From Sulfolobales archaeon (GTDB taxonomy: Archaea; Thermoproteota; Thermoprotei_A; Sulfolobales; AG1): DNA of 64,000 nt. Location of the stretch: contig JAWBYA010000001.1 of assembly GCA_038867615.1 (NCBI GenBank), positions 352,001 through 416,000 on the forward strand. Reading direction: 5' to 3'. Below, piece after piece: positions 20,021 to 28,731 of the stretch. How positions within the stretch are numbered: position 1 is the stretch's first letter; each line of letters opens with the position of its first letter. The position numbers were made by a program, and so were the translations under genes. A model generated the notes under the pieces. The model was not told the DNA's origin. It made no database searches and saw only the letters and a program-made list of their open reading frames with translations.

Positions 20021-20030
20021 GTTTTCATTT

Positions 20031-20411
20031 TCACCAACCTGGTGTGAATATCTTATGCAATAACGCAATTACACCAGCGATAATAAAGAGCGAGTACCAC
20101 AAAGCCCCGGTTACGTCTCCTTCAACTATTAAATTTACCAATACGCCAGCGGTTCCAAGAACCATAGGCAAGATCACTCTAACATCTCTTAATGGTTTTA
20201 TCAATATTGCTCGGTTCATTCGCTTGAAGATCACCCCTATTCGGCTTGCTAGTGTAAACTTCTCTTCTAATAATATGAGTACGCCGGCGATGATAAAAAG
20301 CGAGCCCACCAGAGTCCTGGTCATGTCTCCTTTAAGTAATTTTTCCAATACACCGACAGTCCCAATAACTAAGAGCGGGATTGCTATGAGCTTTCTATCT
20401 AACTTTATCAT
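20031..20411 (-). CDS. Four-TM protein, in-frame fusion of A- and B-type units (putative immunity)
   Basis: MIKLDRKLIAIP..VIGTVGVL..SLFIIAGV followed by MNRA..MVLGTAGVL..GALWYSLFIIAGV. GGGGTGA RBS upstream. Confidence 0.72.
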   Translation of the reverse strand: MIKLDRKLIAIPLLVIGTVGVLEKLLKGDMTRTLVGSLFIIAGVLILLEEKFTLASRIGVIFKRMNRAILIKPLRDVRVILPMVLGTAGVLVNLIVEGDVTGALWYSLFIIAGVIALLHKIFTPGW

Positions 20412-20418
20412 ATGGAAA

Positions 20419-20442
20419 TCACCCCATCGGGCAGTCGATCCT
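20419..20442 (-). repeat. Duplicated copy of the last 8 codons of the Cys-rich precursor gene
   Basis: agg atc gac tgc ccg atg ggg tga (RIDCPMG*) matches tgg atc gat tgc cca tgg ggg tga (WIDCPWG*) at 20657-20680. Both are followed by 7 nt and ATGATAAAG. Confidence 0.8.
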
Positions 20443-20475
20443 CTATTAGATTCATTGCTTGAGGATCACCCTTGT

Positions 20476-20649
20476 TTAGCCTGTTGATGCGAGCCTCTCC
20501 CCTAATAATACAAGCACACCGGCAATAATAAAGAGCGAGTACCATAAAGCTCCACTTATATTTCCTTCAAGTATTAATTTTCCCAATATGCCGGCAGTCC
20601 CAATAACGAAGAACGGGATCGCCCTGAGCTTTTTATTTAACTTTATCAT
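20476..20649 (-). CDS. Small two-TM protein, A-type unit (putative immunity)
   Basis: 57 aa, MIKLNKKLRAIPFFVIGTAGILGKLILEGNISGALWYSLFIIAGVLVLLGERLASTG. ATG at 20649 lies 7 nt after the precursor stop, whose GGGGTGA doubles as RBS. Confidence 0.72.
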   Translation of the reverse strand: MIKLNKKLRAIPFFVIGTAGILGKLILEGNISGALWYSLFIIAGVLVLLGERLASTG

Positions 20650-20656
20650 TTGAAGA

Positions 20657-22030
20657 TCACCCCCATGGGCAATCGATCCAGCCCATATATTCAGCGCACA
20701 TGCAACAAGCATAGACATGGCCTGCAAGGGTTATTATACATAGCGAGCAAGGTATTGCTATACAACCAAGGCACCACCAGATAGTAAATATAGTAGCGCA
20801 TGCAACCGCGCACACACCGCATGTGGCACATTGAGGCAGAGTAAAGTATGTTGTAAGTATGTTGGCTACGCATAAGAAGCAATCAAACGGGCTACCGCCG
20901 TCTGCTAGCATTGCGAAAGCCTTAAGTATTTTCCTGTCATATGTGCTGAGCTCTTTTTCCACTATTTTAGATAGGCGCTTGAGCTCGTTCTTCATAGTCT
21001 GATAGTTTTGTGCGAGGCTTTTGTCATAGTCTTTTTCATAGATTTTACTTAATTCCTTAGCTACTTCGCTTAAGGTTGCATATAGTTGGGATAAAGTGAT
21101 AGACGAATTAAACTTAACAAGCTCTAGCGATACGAGGTCAGATTTTCCTGCACGTATATAATTCAGGGTTGTGAAGGAGCTATTGTAAGTTTCTGAGTCT
21201 TGTTGGGTAAGTCTTGTCTGTAAGGTTAGGTTGTATTCTTTATGCTGTACTATATAGCTTAGGCTGTAGAACTGCATGGATGATTCTTCTGTAGTGATTT
21301 TTATGGAAACAAAGCTAGCTGTCCTGTTAACTTCGCTTGTAAATTCATTATAACTCCACAGCAGAGTTTGGATAATTGTTACTTTGTAGGTTGCATTATT
21401 TAACTCATATGTTATGATTGTTATCGTGGTGTTATTGTCTTGTTCTATCGTGGTAACTGTGAAATTTACTGAGGTGTTAGTGCTTTGACTCGTCTGGTTT
21501 TGGGCGCATGACTGACAACCACATGAAGCATAATCTGCCTGATATAATAGTAAGGGGTCTATTTGTAAAAGTATCTTTTCTCCTAGCATATCAACTGTAA
21601 CATAATGATAAGTTGTGTATATCGGGTAACCGGCTTTAATCCAAGCCATTATTCCGCCGAGCATGTTGTAAACTTTTGTAAAACCATGGCTGGCTAGAAT
21701 TTGGCTCGCAATCTGGCTTCTTGAATCATTCTTACTATAAACTATTATTGGATCGTTCTTATACTTTTGCAGCTCACCAATTCTGCTTTCAAGCTCGTAA
21801 ACTGGTATGAGAATGGCGCCATACAGATGCCCTAGTTTATACTCACTTTGGTTTCTAACATCTAAAATGAGGCTTACCTGCTTTTTCTTTATCATTTCGT
21901 AGGCTACATCAACAGTTATGTTCTTATAAGTTCCAGACTCTTCGGCAAAAGCCATAGGTGTCGCAATAAAGATAAGCAAAAGCACTACAGTAAGGCTAGC
22001 ATTAATCAACCTTAAGCTATATACCTTCAA
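20657..22030 (-). CDS. Secreted rhodanese-domain protein with C-terminal 14-Cys hydrophobic domain (halocin C8-like precursor candidate)
   Basis: Signal peptide ending AFA-EES, rhodanese fold (ILDVRNQSEY..GH..GA; VYNMLGGIMAW..AGYP), SCGCQSC, Thr/Asn-rich spacer, then ADGG and a 78-aa tail with 14 Cys. Confidence 0.8.
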   Translation of the reverse strand: MKVYSLRLINASLTVVLLLIFIATPMAFAEESGTYKNITVDVAYEMIKKKQVSLILDVRNQSEYKLGHLYGAILIPVYELESRIGELQKYKNDPIIVYSKNDSRSQIASQILASHGFTKVYNMLGGIMAWIKAGYPIYTTYHYVTVDMLGEKILLQIDPLLLYQADYASCGCQSCAQNQTSQSTNTSVNFTVTTIEQDNNTTITIITYELNNATYKVTIIQTLLWSYNEFTSEVNRTASFVSIKITTEESSMQFYSLSYIVQHKEYNLTLQTRLTQQDSETYNSSFTTLNYIRAGKSDLVSLELVKFNSSITLSQLYATLSEVAKELSKIYEKDYDKSLAQNYQTMKNELKRLSKIVEKELSTYDRKILKAFAMLADGGSPFDCFLCVANILTTYFTLPQCATCGVCAVACATIFTIWWCLGCIAIPCSLCIITLAGHVYACCMCAEYMGWIDCPWG

Positions 22031-22596
22031 GTTTATCTCCTCAATTAATTAAGTAGTTAATAAATATTTCAGGAAGTAACTATTATAAAGGCAATTAAAG
22101 ATCACAAAGAAAATAACTCTTAACACCTATGATACTTTTTAGTGATAGCAGTAAGCTTATCGCGATCAACGCGATCAAAACCTAAAGTTATTAAGTATGA
22201 AATATAACTCTTATTAATGTTGACGTAAGGATCGAAAATAGTAGATTTGTAGACATCATCATGGGGGAACTACTTAGGCGTAGTTTCTCTAACATTTGCT
22301 ATAACATATATATAGTGGCATATTCTATTCTGAGGCTGTGATTATGGTACAGATTGAGTATTTATGCCAGTATTGTTAAGCATCGCAGTAATCCTTAATC
22401 TTTAGAATATTTATATATATATTATCAGAATTGCTGTGTAATTTTGAGGATGATCGATGTTATTGCTGTAATATTTTTGATGGCATCCTTTATTTAGATT
22501 CTTTTTTATGTATAGCGATGGTAATGTATAATTTTGTATAGCTATAGTGGTTACACTGATATTTATTCTTAAACCTTGGAGTGGATATAATTATGG

Positions 22597-23148
22597 ATGG
22601 GTGTCTTGTTGCGGGAGTTTCTTATACTCAGCCGTGGGGGTCAGGGTGGTGTTATGGCTTCAAGGATCCTTGCCTCTGCAGCTGTTCTTGAGGGTCTATG
22701 GGCTCAGGCTATACCTGAGTTTGGGGCTGAGAGGAGGGGTGCTATTGTTAAATCCTATCTAAGGGTTTCGGATGCGCCGATAGCTAGGCATTCTAGTGTT
22801 AGGAGGCCTGAGGGTGTTGCTGTGTTTAGCTCCAAGATCCTGGAGCTCGTCGATATCTCGAAACTGGCTCCCGGGGGTGTTCCGGTGCTTGTTAATGCTG
22901 CTAAAAAGCCCGAGCTTGTTGATAGGGATGTCTATTATGTTGATGCTACATCGATAGCCCTGAAGCTTGGTCTTGTAATAGCTGGATGGCCTCTTGTTAA
23001 CACTGCTATGGCTTCTGCGATGGCCAGGGTTTTCGGGATAGCTGGTCTTGAGAGTGTTGTGAAGGCTTTGGGCGAGTATTTTAGGGGAAAGCTTCTTGAG
23101 GCTAATGTTGAGGCTGTGAGGATTGCCTGGGACTCTGTGATGAGGTGA
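22597..23148 (+). CDS. porC: 2-oxoacid:ferredoxin oxidoreductase gamma subunit
   Basis: SRGGQGGV, PEFGAERRGA and VNTAM. Confidence 0.9.
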   Translation: MGVLLREFLILSRGGQGGVMASRILASAAVLEGLWAQAIPEFGAERRGAIVKSYLRVSDAPIARHSSVRRPEGVAVFSSKILELVDISKLAPGGVPVLVNAAKKPELVDRDVYYVDATSIALKLGLVIAGWPLVNTAMASAMARVFGIAGLESVVKALGEYFRGKLLEANVEAVRIAWDSVMR

Positions 23149-23468
23149 GCATCATGGGTATGGTTTACAAGCCCATAGATCCTGAGAAAGAGGGTATCGA
23201 GGATCTAGAGATCCTCTCGGAAAAGCTTCTCTCAAAACCGAGCCCCGGCTCTGCTGGAAAGACAGGTACGTGGAGGCTCTACAAGCCAAGGATACTTGTA
23301 GACAGGTGCATAAAGTGCGGTATATGCTGGCTCTACTGTCCTGAAGACACGATAGCGTGGTTCTATAGGGGGCTTCCAAGCATTAACTATGATTACTGCA
23401 AGGGCTGCGGTATATGTGCAAACGTATGCCCGGTTAACGCTATAGAGATGATCCTGGAGGGGGAGTAG
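23145..23468 (+). CDS. porD: 2-oxoacid:ferredoxin oxidoreductase delta subunit
   Basis: KTGTWR, CIKCGICWLYCP and YDYCKGCGICANVCP (two 4Fe-4S motifs). Confidence 0.9.
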   Translation: MSIMGMVYKPIDPEKEGIEDLEILSEKLLSKPSPGSAGKTGTWRLYKPRILVDRCIKCGICWLYCPEDTIAWFYRGLPSINYDYCKGCGICANVCPVNAIEMILEGE

Positions 23469-23469
23469 C

Positions 23470-24663
23470 ATGGCACGTAGGGTTCTTATGGGAAACACAG
23501 CTGTGGCCGAGGCTGTTAGGCTCGCAGGGGTTCAGGTGGTTACAGCCTATCCCATAACCCCCCAGACGGTGATTGTTGAGAGAATAGCTGAGATGGTTGA
23601 GAGGGGGGAGCTGAAGGCTAGGTATATAAGGGTTGAGTCGGAGCACTCAGCTCTCGCGCTAGTCTATGGTGCTGCTGCTGGGGGTGCTAGGGCTTTCACC
23701 GCGACCTCGAGCCATGGGTTGCTATATATGTATGAGATGCTCTGGTGGGTTGCTGGTAGCAGGCTTCCCATAGTAATGACCGTGGTCACGAGATCCATCG
23801 GTCCTCCATGGGGTCTTCACAGCGATCACCATGATGCTCTCACCGTGAGGGATATAGGCTGGATCATAGGGTTTGCCTCAAGCGTCCAAGAAGCCTTTGA
23901 CATGACGTTGCAGGCCTTCAAAATAAGCGAGGATCGCAGAGTAATGCTCCCAGCCATGGTAGCCCTCGAGGGCTTCACGCTAAGCCATACAGCAGAGTCT
24001 GTGGAGATGCCTGACGAGAAGAGCGTATCCGAATGGCTACCCCCGAGAGAACCCTTACCATTCAAAATAGAGCCTGGAAAAGCCTTTGCTGTGGGTAACA
24101 CGGGTCCTGACGAGGTTACCATGGAGCTTAAATGGCTTGCCTGGAGGGCTATGGAGAGATCCAGGTTCGTGATCAGAGAAACAGATCTTGAGTATGCAAA
24201 GAGATTTGGGCTTAGAAGCTATGGGGGTCTTGTCGAGGATGTCTATGCAAAGGGCTCCGACTATGTGGTGGTTGCCATGGGGGCATGGTGTGGCGATTTG
24301 AAAGAAGCTGTTGAGAAGCTCAGGGGGGAGGGCTATAGGGTTGGTCTTCTGAGGATAAGGTATTTCAGACCATTCCCATGGGAGGAGCTCCGCGAGGTTT
24401 CTCAGAGTGCCAAGGCTGTCTTGGTTATCGATAGGGCTGTATCTATAGGGCATAGGGGGATCCTGGGGTTAGAGGTATCCTCAGCAATAGGGGATAGGGT
24501 TCCTGTTAAGAACGTTATAGCTGGTATTGGTGGTGTTGATACCGGCCCAGAGGATTTCTACAGCATTGTCAAGACATTCATAGAGGAGTACGAATCAGGC
24601 TCTATAGAGGGTTGGTCGATCCCTGAGTGGTATATGCCTTGGATGGGGGTGGTTAGCAAATGA
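23470..24663 (+). CDS. porA: 2-oxoacid:ferredoxin oxidoreductase alpha subunit
   Basis: AYPITPQT, VESEHSA and TATSSHGL. Confidence 0.92.
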   Translation: MARRVLMGNTAVAEAVRLAGVQVVTAYPITPQTVIVERIAEMVERGELKARYIRVESEHSALALVYGAAAGGARAFTATSSHGLLYMYEMLWWVAGSRLPIVMTVVTRSIGPPWGLHSDHHDALTVRDIGWIIGFASSVQEAFDMTLQAFKISEDRRVMLPAMVALEGFTLSHTAESVEMPDEKSVSEWLPPREPLPFKIEPGKAFAVGNTGPDEVTMELKWLAWRAMERSRFVIRETDLEYAKRFGLRSYGGLVEDVYAKGSDYVVVAMGAWCGDLKEAVEKLRGEGYRVGLLRIRYFRPFPWEELREVSQSAKAVLVIDRAVSIGHRGILGLEVSSAIGDRVPVKNVIAGIGGVDTGPEDFYSIVKTFIEEYESGSIEGWSIPEWYMPWMGVVSK

Positions 24664-25565
24664 GTCTCCAGAGGCTCGCGTTATCCAGGATCAGGGGTAC
24701 GCTTCCTGGGAACCCAGCGTGTATGGGGTGTCCCCACAACATAGGCTTGAAGATCGTGGGGAGGGTTTTGGGCGAGAGAGCAGTGCTGGTGATACCTGCT
24801 GGGTGTTCGACAATAATATCGGGCTTCTGGCCTAGGGAGGGTTTCGACCTGCCTATCCTCCACGTACCCTTCGCATCAGCCCCTGCTGTGGCTGCGGGTC
24901 TCAGAGCGTCTCATGAGGCGTCTGGTGTTGATAGTATTGCTGTTGTATGGTCTGGTGATGGTGCTGCTGCTGATATAGGTTTTGCCACGCTGAGCGGTGC
25001 TGCAGTGAGGAATGACGATATACTTGTGATTGTGAGCGATAACGAGGCCTATATGAACACCGGGATCCAGGCTAGCGGGACGACGATGTGGAGGGCTCTG
25101 ACTACTACAACACCTGTTATGGGGAAGACTGAGGAGAGGAAGGATCTAGCTCTCTTAATGCTTATGCACAGAGTCCCCTATGTAGCTACAGCATCTATAG
25201 CGTATCCAAATGATTTTGCAGCGAAGCTTGAGAAGGCGGCTAGTATTAGAGGTTTCAGGTTTATACACCTACACTCACCATGTCCCCCTGGCTGGAGGTT
25301 TGATTCGGATAAGACTGTCTATGTCGCTAAACTAGCGATCGAGACGGGAGCCTGGATCTTGTGGGAGTACAGTGGGGGTAAGCTATCGATAAGCCCTGTG
25401 AGCAAACCCTATGCCGATAAGGCTAAGAGAAAACCTCTAGCAGAATACCTAAAACTCCAGGGTAGATTTGCACACCTAAGAGAGGAGGATATAAAAGCGA
25501 TAGAGGAGAAGATCGAGGCTAACTGGAGGCTCCTAAAAGAGCTAGAGAGAATATATAGCGGCTAG
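24660..25565 (+). CDS. porB: 2-oxoacid:ferredoxin oxidoreductase beta subunit
   Basis: ACMGC, GDG, DNEAYMNTGIQ and SPCPPGW. Confidence 0.92.
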   Translation: MSLQRLALSRIRGTLPGNPACMGCPHNIGLKIVGRVLGERAVLVIPAGCSTIISGFWPREGFDLPILHVPFASAPAVAAGLRASHEASGVDSIAVVWSGDGAAADIGFATLSGAAVRNDDILVIVSDNEAYMNTGIQASGTTMWRALTTTTPVMGKTEERKDLALLMLMHRVPYVATASIAYPNDFAAKLEKAASIRGFRFIHLHSPCPPGWRFDSDKTVYVAKLAIETGAWILWEYSGGKLSISPVSKPYADKAKRKPLAEYLKLQGRFAHLREEDIKAIEEKIEANWRLLKELERIYSG

Positions 25566-25702
25566 GATCCTCGTAAGCAATTCTTTTTTTAGAGATCCGA
25601 TCCTTATAACCAGGTGGTGGGGAGCATTGGCTACACTACAATTTTTAAGCACTGCTGTGAATATGTTTTTACAGGGATCCGCCGAGGTGCTTCGGGATTA
25701 GG

Positions 25703-26983
25703 GTGTATGTAGAGACCTATGGATGCACCCTCAACCAGGCTGACTCGATGATCATGAGAGGCTATTTAGAGGAGGCTGGTTTAGGCTTTACAGATTCCCC
25801 CGAGGATGCCGATGTTATTGTTATAAACACCTGTGTTGTTAGGAAGGATTCTGAAGAGAGGATGATCAAGAGGATCTCTGAGATTGAGACTCTATACTCA
25901 GGGTCTAAAAAGATCATTGTGGCTGGCTGTATGGTATCCTCGATGCCCGCCACAGTTAAGAAGATCGCTCCCAGCGCCTCTCTGATCACCCCTAGTAGTG
26001 TTGATAGAATCGTTGATGCTGTTACTTCGAGGGAGAGGGTTGAGTATCTCGGGGGCTTTAGGGCTGTTAATAGGATCCCTCTCCCCAGGGTGAGGGGTGT
26101 TATAGCCCCTATACCTATCTCTGAGGGTTGTTTGAGTGACTGCTCCTTCTGTATAACGAAGATCTCGAGGGGTGGTGTTAGGAGCTATCCCCCGAGGGTT
26201 ATAGTGGATACTGTGAGGGATCTTGTGTCTAGGGGTTATAAGGAGATAGAGCTTGCTTCACAGGATTCGGCTGTATATGGGTTTGATCTTGGGAAGAGAT
26301 TCCTGCTACCAGATCTTTTGAGGGAGATAGAGGAGAGGGTTGAGGGTGACTATATGCTTAGGGTTGGTATGATGAACCCCCAGTGGTTATGGAAGATCTT
26401 TGACGATCTCGTGGAGGCTATGAAGAGCCCCAGGATCTATAAATTCCTCCACATACCAGTCCAGAGCGGTGATAACAGGGTTCTGAGGATCATGAAGAGA
26501 GGTTATAGTGTTGAGGAGTTTGAGGAGATGGTTGAGGAGGTGAGGAGAAAGATACCAGAGATCACAATAGCAACAGACATAATAGTGGGGCACCCGGGAG
26601 AAGATGAAGAGGCGTTCAAAAACACACTGGATCTGTTAGAAAGGGTTAGGTTCGACAGAGTCCACATAGCACAGTACAGCGTAAGACCCCTAACCGAAGC
26701 TGCAGCAATGCCCCAGGTCCCGGAACATATAAAGAAGAGAAGATCCACAGAGGTTCAGAAGGTGCAGGAGAAAATAGGATTAGAGATCCATAGGCAATAT
26801 ATAGGGAGCAGGGCAAGGGTCCTGGTAACAGAGAAAGGATTTAGAGAGGGAACGGTTATAGCGAGGACTATAAGCTATAGACAAGTAGTAATAAAAGGCG
26901 ATATACCCCTGGGTAGCTCTATCGATGTAGATATAGAGGACGCCACCTTCTTTGACCTAAGAGCTAGGCTCGATAGCCGCTAG
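25703..26983 (+). CDS. Archaeal MiaB-like tRNA methylthiotransferase (t6A37 type)
   Basis: UPF0004 domain (TYGCTLN, NTC, AGC), radical SAM CLSDCSFC and C-terminal TRAM domain. Confidence 0.9.
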   Translation: MYVETYGCTLNQADSMIMRGYLEEAGLGFTDSPEDADVIVINTCVVRKDSEERMIKRISEIETLYSGSKKIIVAGCMVSSMPATVKKIAPSASLITPSSVDRIVDAVTSRERVEYLGGFRAVNRIPLPRVRGVIAPIPISEGCLSDCSFCITKISRGGVRSYPPRVIVDTVRDLVSRGYKEIELASQDSAVYGFDLGKRFLLPDLLREIEERVEGDYMLRVGMMNPQWLWKIFDDLVEAMKSPRIYKFLHIPVQSGDNRVLRIMKRGYSVEEFEEMVEEVRRKIPEITIATDIIVGHPGEDEEAFKNTLDLLERVRFDRVHIAQYSVRPLTEAAAMPQVPEHIKKRRSTEVQKVQEKIGLEIHRQYIGSRARVLVTEKGFREGTVIARTISYRQVVIKGDIPLGSSIDVDIEDATFFDLRARLDSR

Positions 26984-27024
26984 AGATAAGGATATCTATA
27001 CTGATCTAGATGAATATAAGCGTA

Positions 27025-27903
27025 TCACTCGCCCCTGGATTTGAGGTTCTCGTATAGTTTTATAAGTGAGTGCGTCCCCTTCTCCCCATATCCTATCCTT
27101 ACTAGATCCTCGTAGAGCTTGTATGCTAGCTCTGTGGCTGGGAGTTTTGCGGATAGTTTTGATGCTGTTTTCAAAGCATATCCTAGATCTTTTTTGAGGT
27201 GGGCTGCTCTGAATCCTGGCTCTAGGTCTCCCTTCATTATCTTTGGCATGTAGTACTGGACTGTGAAGGAGTTTGCTGCACCGCTTGAGAGGATCTGGTA
27301 GAGCTTTTCCTCATCTATCCCGGCTTTTCTGGCTAGGGCCATGGCTTCAGCTAGGGCTACCATGTTTATTGCGACGACTATCTGGTTGAGTAGTTTCATA
27401 AGCTGTCCTGAGCCTACGTCGCCCACATATATTATCGTTCTACCCATGGCTCTCAATACTGGCTCGACCTTCTTGAAAACCTCATACTTACCCCCAACCA
27501 TTATTGTTAATGTCCCCTCCCTTGCACCCTTATCTCCCCCTGTTACTGGTGCGTCTAGGAACTCGACCCCGTATTTGGATAGCCTCTCAGCGAAGCTTCT
27601 AGCATATTCTGGGGAGTTTGTACCCATGTCTATGAATATAAGCCCTGGTCTGGCTCCCTCAACAACTCCTTCTCTTCCAAAGAGGATCTCCTCGACGTCT
27701 GGTGCATCTGTAACCATTGCTATAACAACATCGCTTCTCTCAGCAACCTCTCTAGGGCTGTTTGCTATATAGGCTCCCAGGCTTCTTAGGGGTTCAGCTC
27801 TAGATCTAGTCCTATTATAGGCTGTTAACTGGTAGCCCGCTTTAAGGATATTCATTGCCATGGGGAGCCCCATTATCCCTAGCCCTATAAACCCAACCCT
27901 CAT
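27025..27903 (-). CDS. Beta-hydroxyacid dehydrogenase (3-hydroxyisobutyrate/tartronate semialdehyde reductase family)
   Basis: GFIGLGIMG, FLDAPVTGG, KLLNQ and KDL. Confidence 0.9.
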   Translation of the reverse strand: MRVGFIGLGIMGLPMAMNILKAGYQLTAYNRTRSRAEPLRSLGAYIANSPREVAERSDVVIAMVTDAPDVEEILFGREGVVEGARPGLIFIDMGTNSPEYARSFAERLSKYGVEFLDAPVTGGDKGAREGTLTIMVGGKYEVFKKVEPVLRAMGRTIIYVGDVGSGQLMKLLNQIVVAINMVALAEAMALARKAGIDEEKLYQILSSGAANSFTVQYYMPKIMKGDLEPGFRAAHLKKDLGYALKTASKLSAKLPATELAYKLYEDLVRIGYGEKGTHSLIKLYENLKSRGE

Positions 27904-27949
27904 CGAAGCACCCACTATCTATATAGCTAGGATATATTTAGGAGTGCAA

Positions 27950-28699
27950 GTGACTAAGAATTGGGCGAAGGTGGCGGAGAGGCTTAAGGGCTATAGGTTT
28001 CTTAGATGTGGTTTGGGAGAGATAGCTGTTTCAGAGACTTTTAAATCGTTCCAGGGCGAGGGTCCTTCGGCTGGGAGGCCTGCTATTTTTCTAAGGCTTC
28101 AGGGGTGTAATCTCTCGTGTGCTTGGTGTGATACTATAGATATATGGGTTAAGGGGCATGTATATAGCTATGAGGATCTACTGGATCTCTGGGAGGGTAG
28201 GGGGTGGATAGATGATCTGCGTAATGATCACATGCTAGTTATAACCGGGGGAGAGCCTATGCTGAGGCAGAGAGAGATAGAGGGTCTCCTAAGGATCTTT
28301 GTTGAGAGATATAGATTCAAACCAAGGATAGAGGTTGAGACAAACGGAACCATACCTCCCTCACAAGAGATAGAGGGATATGTGGATCAGTTTAACGTGT
28401 CGCCAAAGCTGAGCAACTCGGGCATGCCGAGAGCCGTTAGGTTTAGGAGAGATGTTCTGAGAAGATTTGTGGAGACCGGGAAGGCTATCTTCAAATTCGT
28501 CGTGGTTGGGGAAGGGGATATTGAGGAGGTTATGGAGTATATAGACGCTATACCAATCCCTCCCGAGAGGGTCTATCTAATGCCGGAATCGAAGACAAGG
28601 GAGGAGTATGTGGATAGGCTGGGGATCGTTGAGGATCTGTGTAAAAAACATGGTTTCAAGCTATCGCCCCGCCTCCACCTCCTCTACGGCTGGAGATAA
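27950..28699 (+). CDS. queE: 7-carboxy-7-deazaguanine synthase
   Basis: SFQGEG, FLRLQGCNLSCAWCDT, TGGEP, ETNG, VSPKL and PRLH. GTG start at 27950. Confidence 0.88.
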   Translation: MTKNWAKVAERLKGYRFLRCGLGEIAVSETFKSFQGEGPSAGRPAIFLRLQGCNLSCAWCDTIDIWVKGHVYSYEDLLDLWEGRGWIDDLRNDHMLVITGGEPMLRQREIEGLLRIFVERYRFKPRIEVETNGTIPPSQEIEGYVDQFNVSPKLSNSGMPRAVRFRRDVLRRFVETGKAIFKFVVVGEGDIEEVMEYIDAIPIPPERVYLMPESKTREEYVDRLGIVEDLCKKHGFKLSPRLHLLYGWR

Positions 28700-28731
28700 A
28701 AACCTGCCTGGTTTTTCTTCGAGGAAAAGAT

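Noticed and set aside
20650-20882. Track ORF 20691-20882 and the 5' extension of 20476-20727
   Set aside because: Both are alternative frames inside the precursor gene. The paralog alignment and RBS put the real start at 20649.
25703-28699. Two radical SAM genes as sactipeptide maturases for the Cys-rich tail
   Set aside because: Their motifs identify them as a MiaB-like tRNA methylthiotransferase and QueE. Neither has a SPASM or RRE domain.
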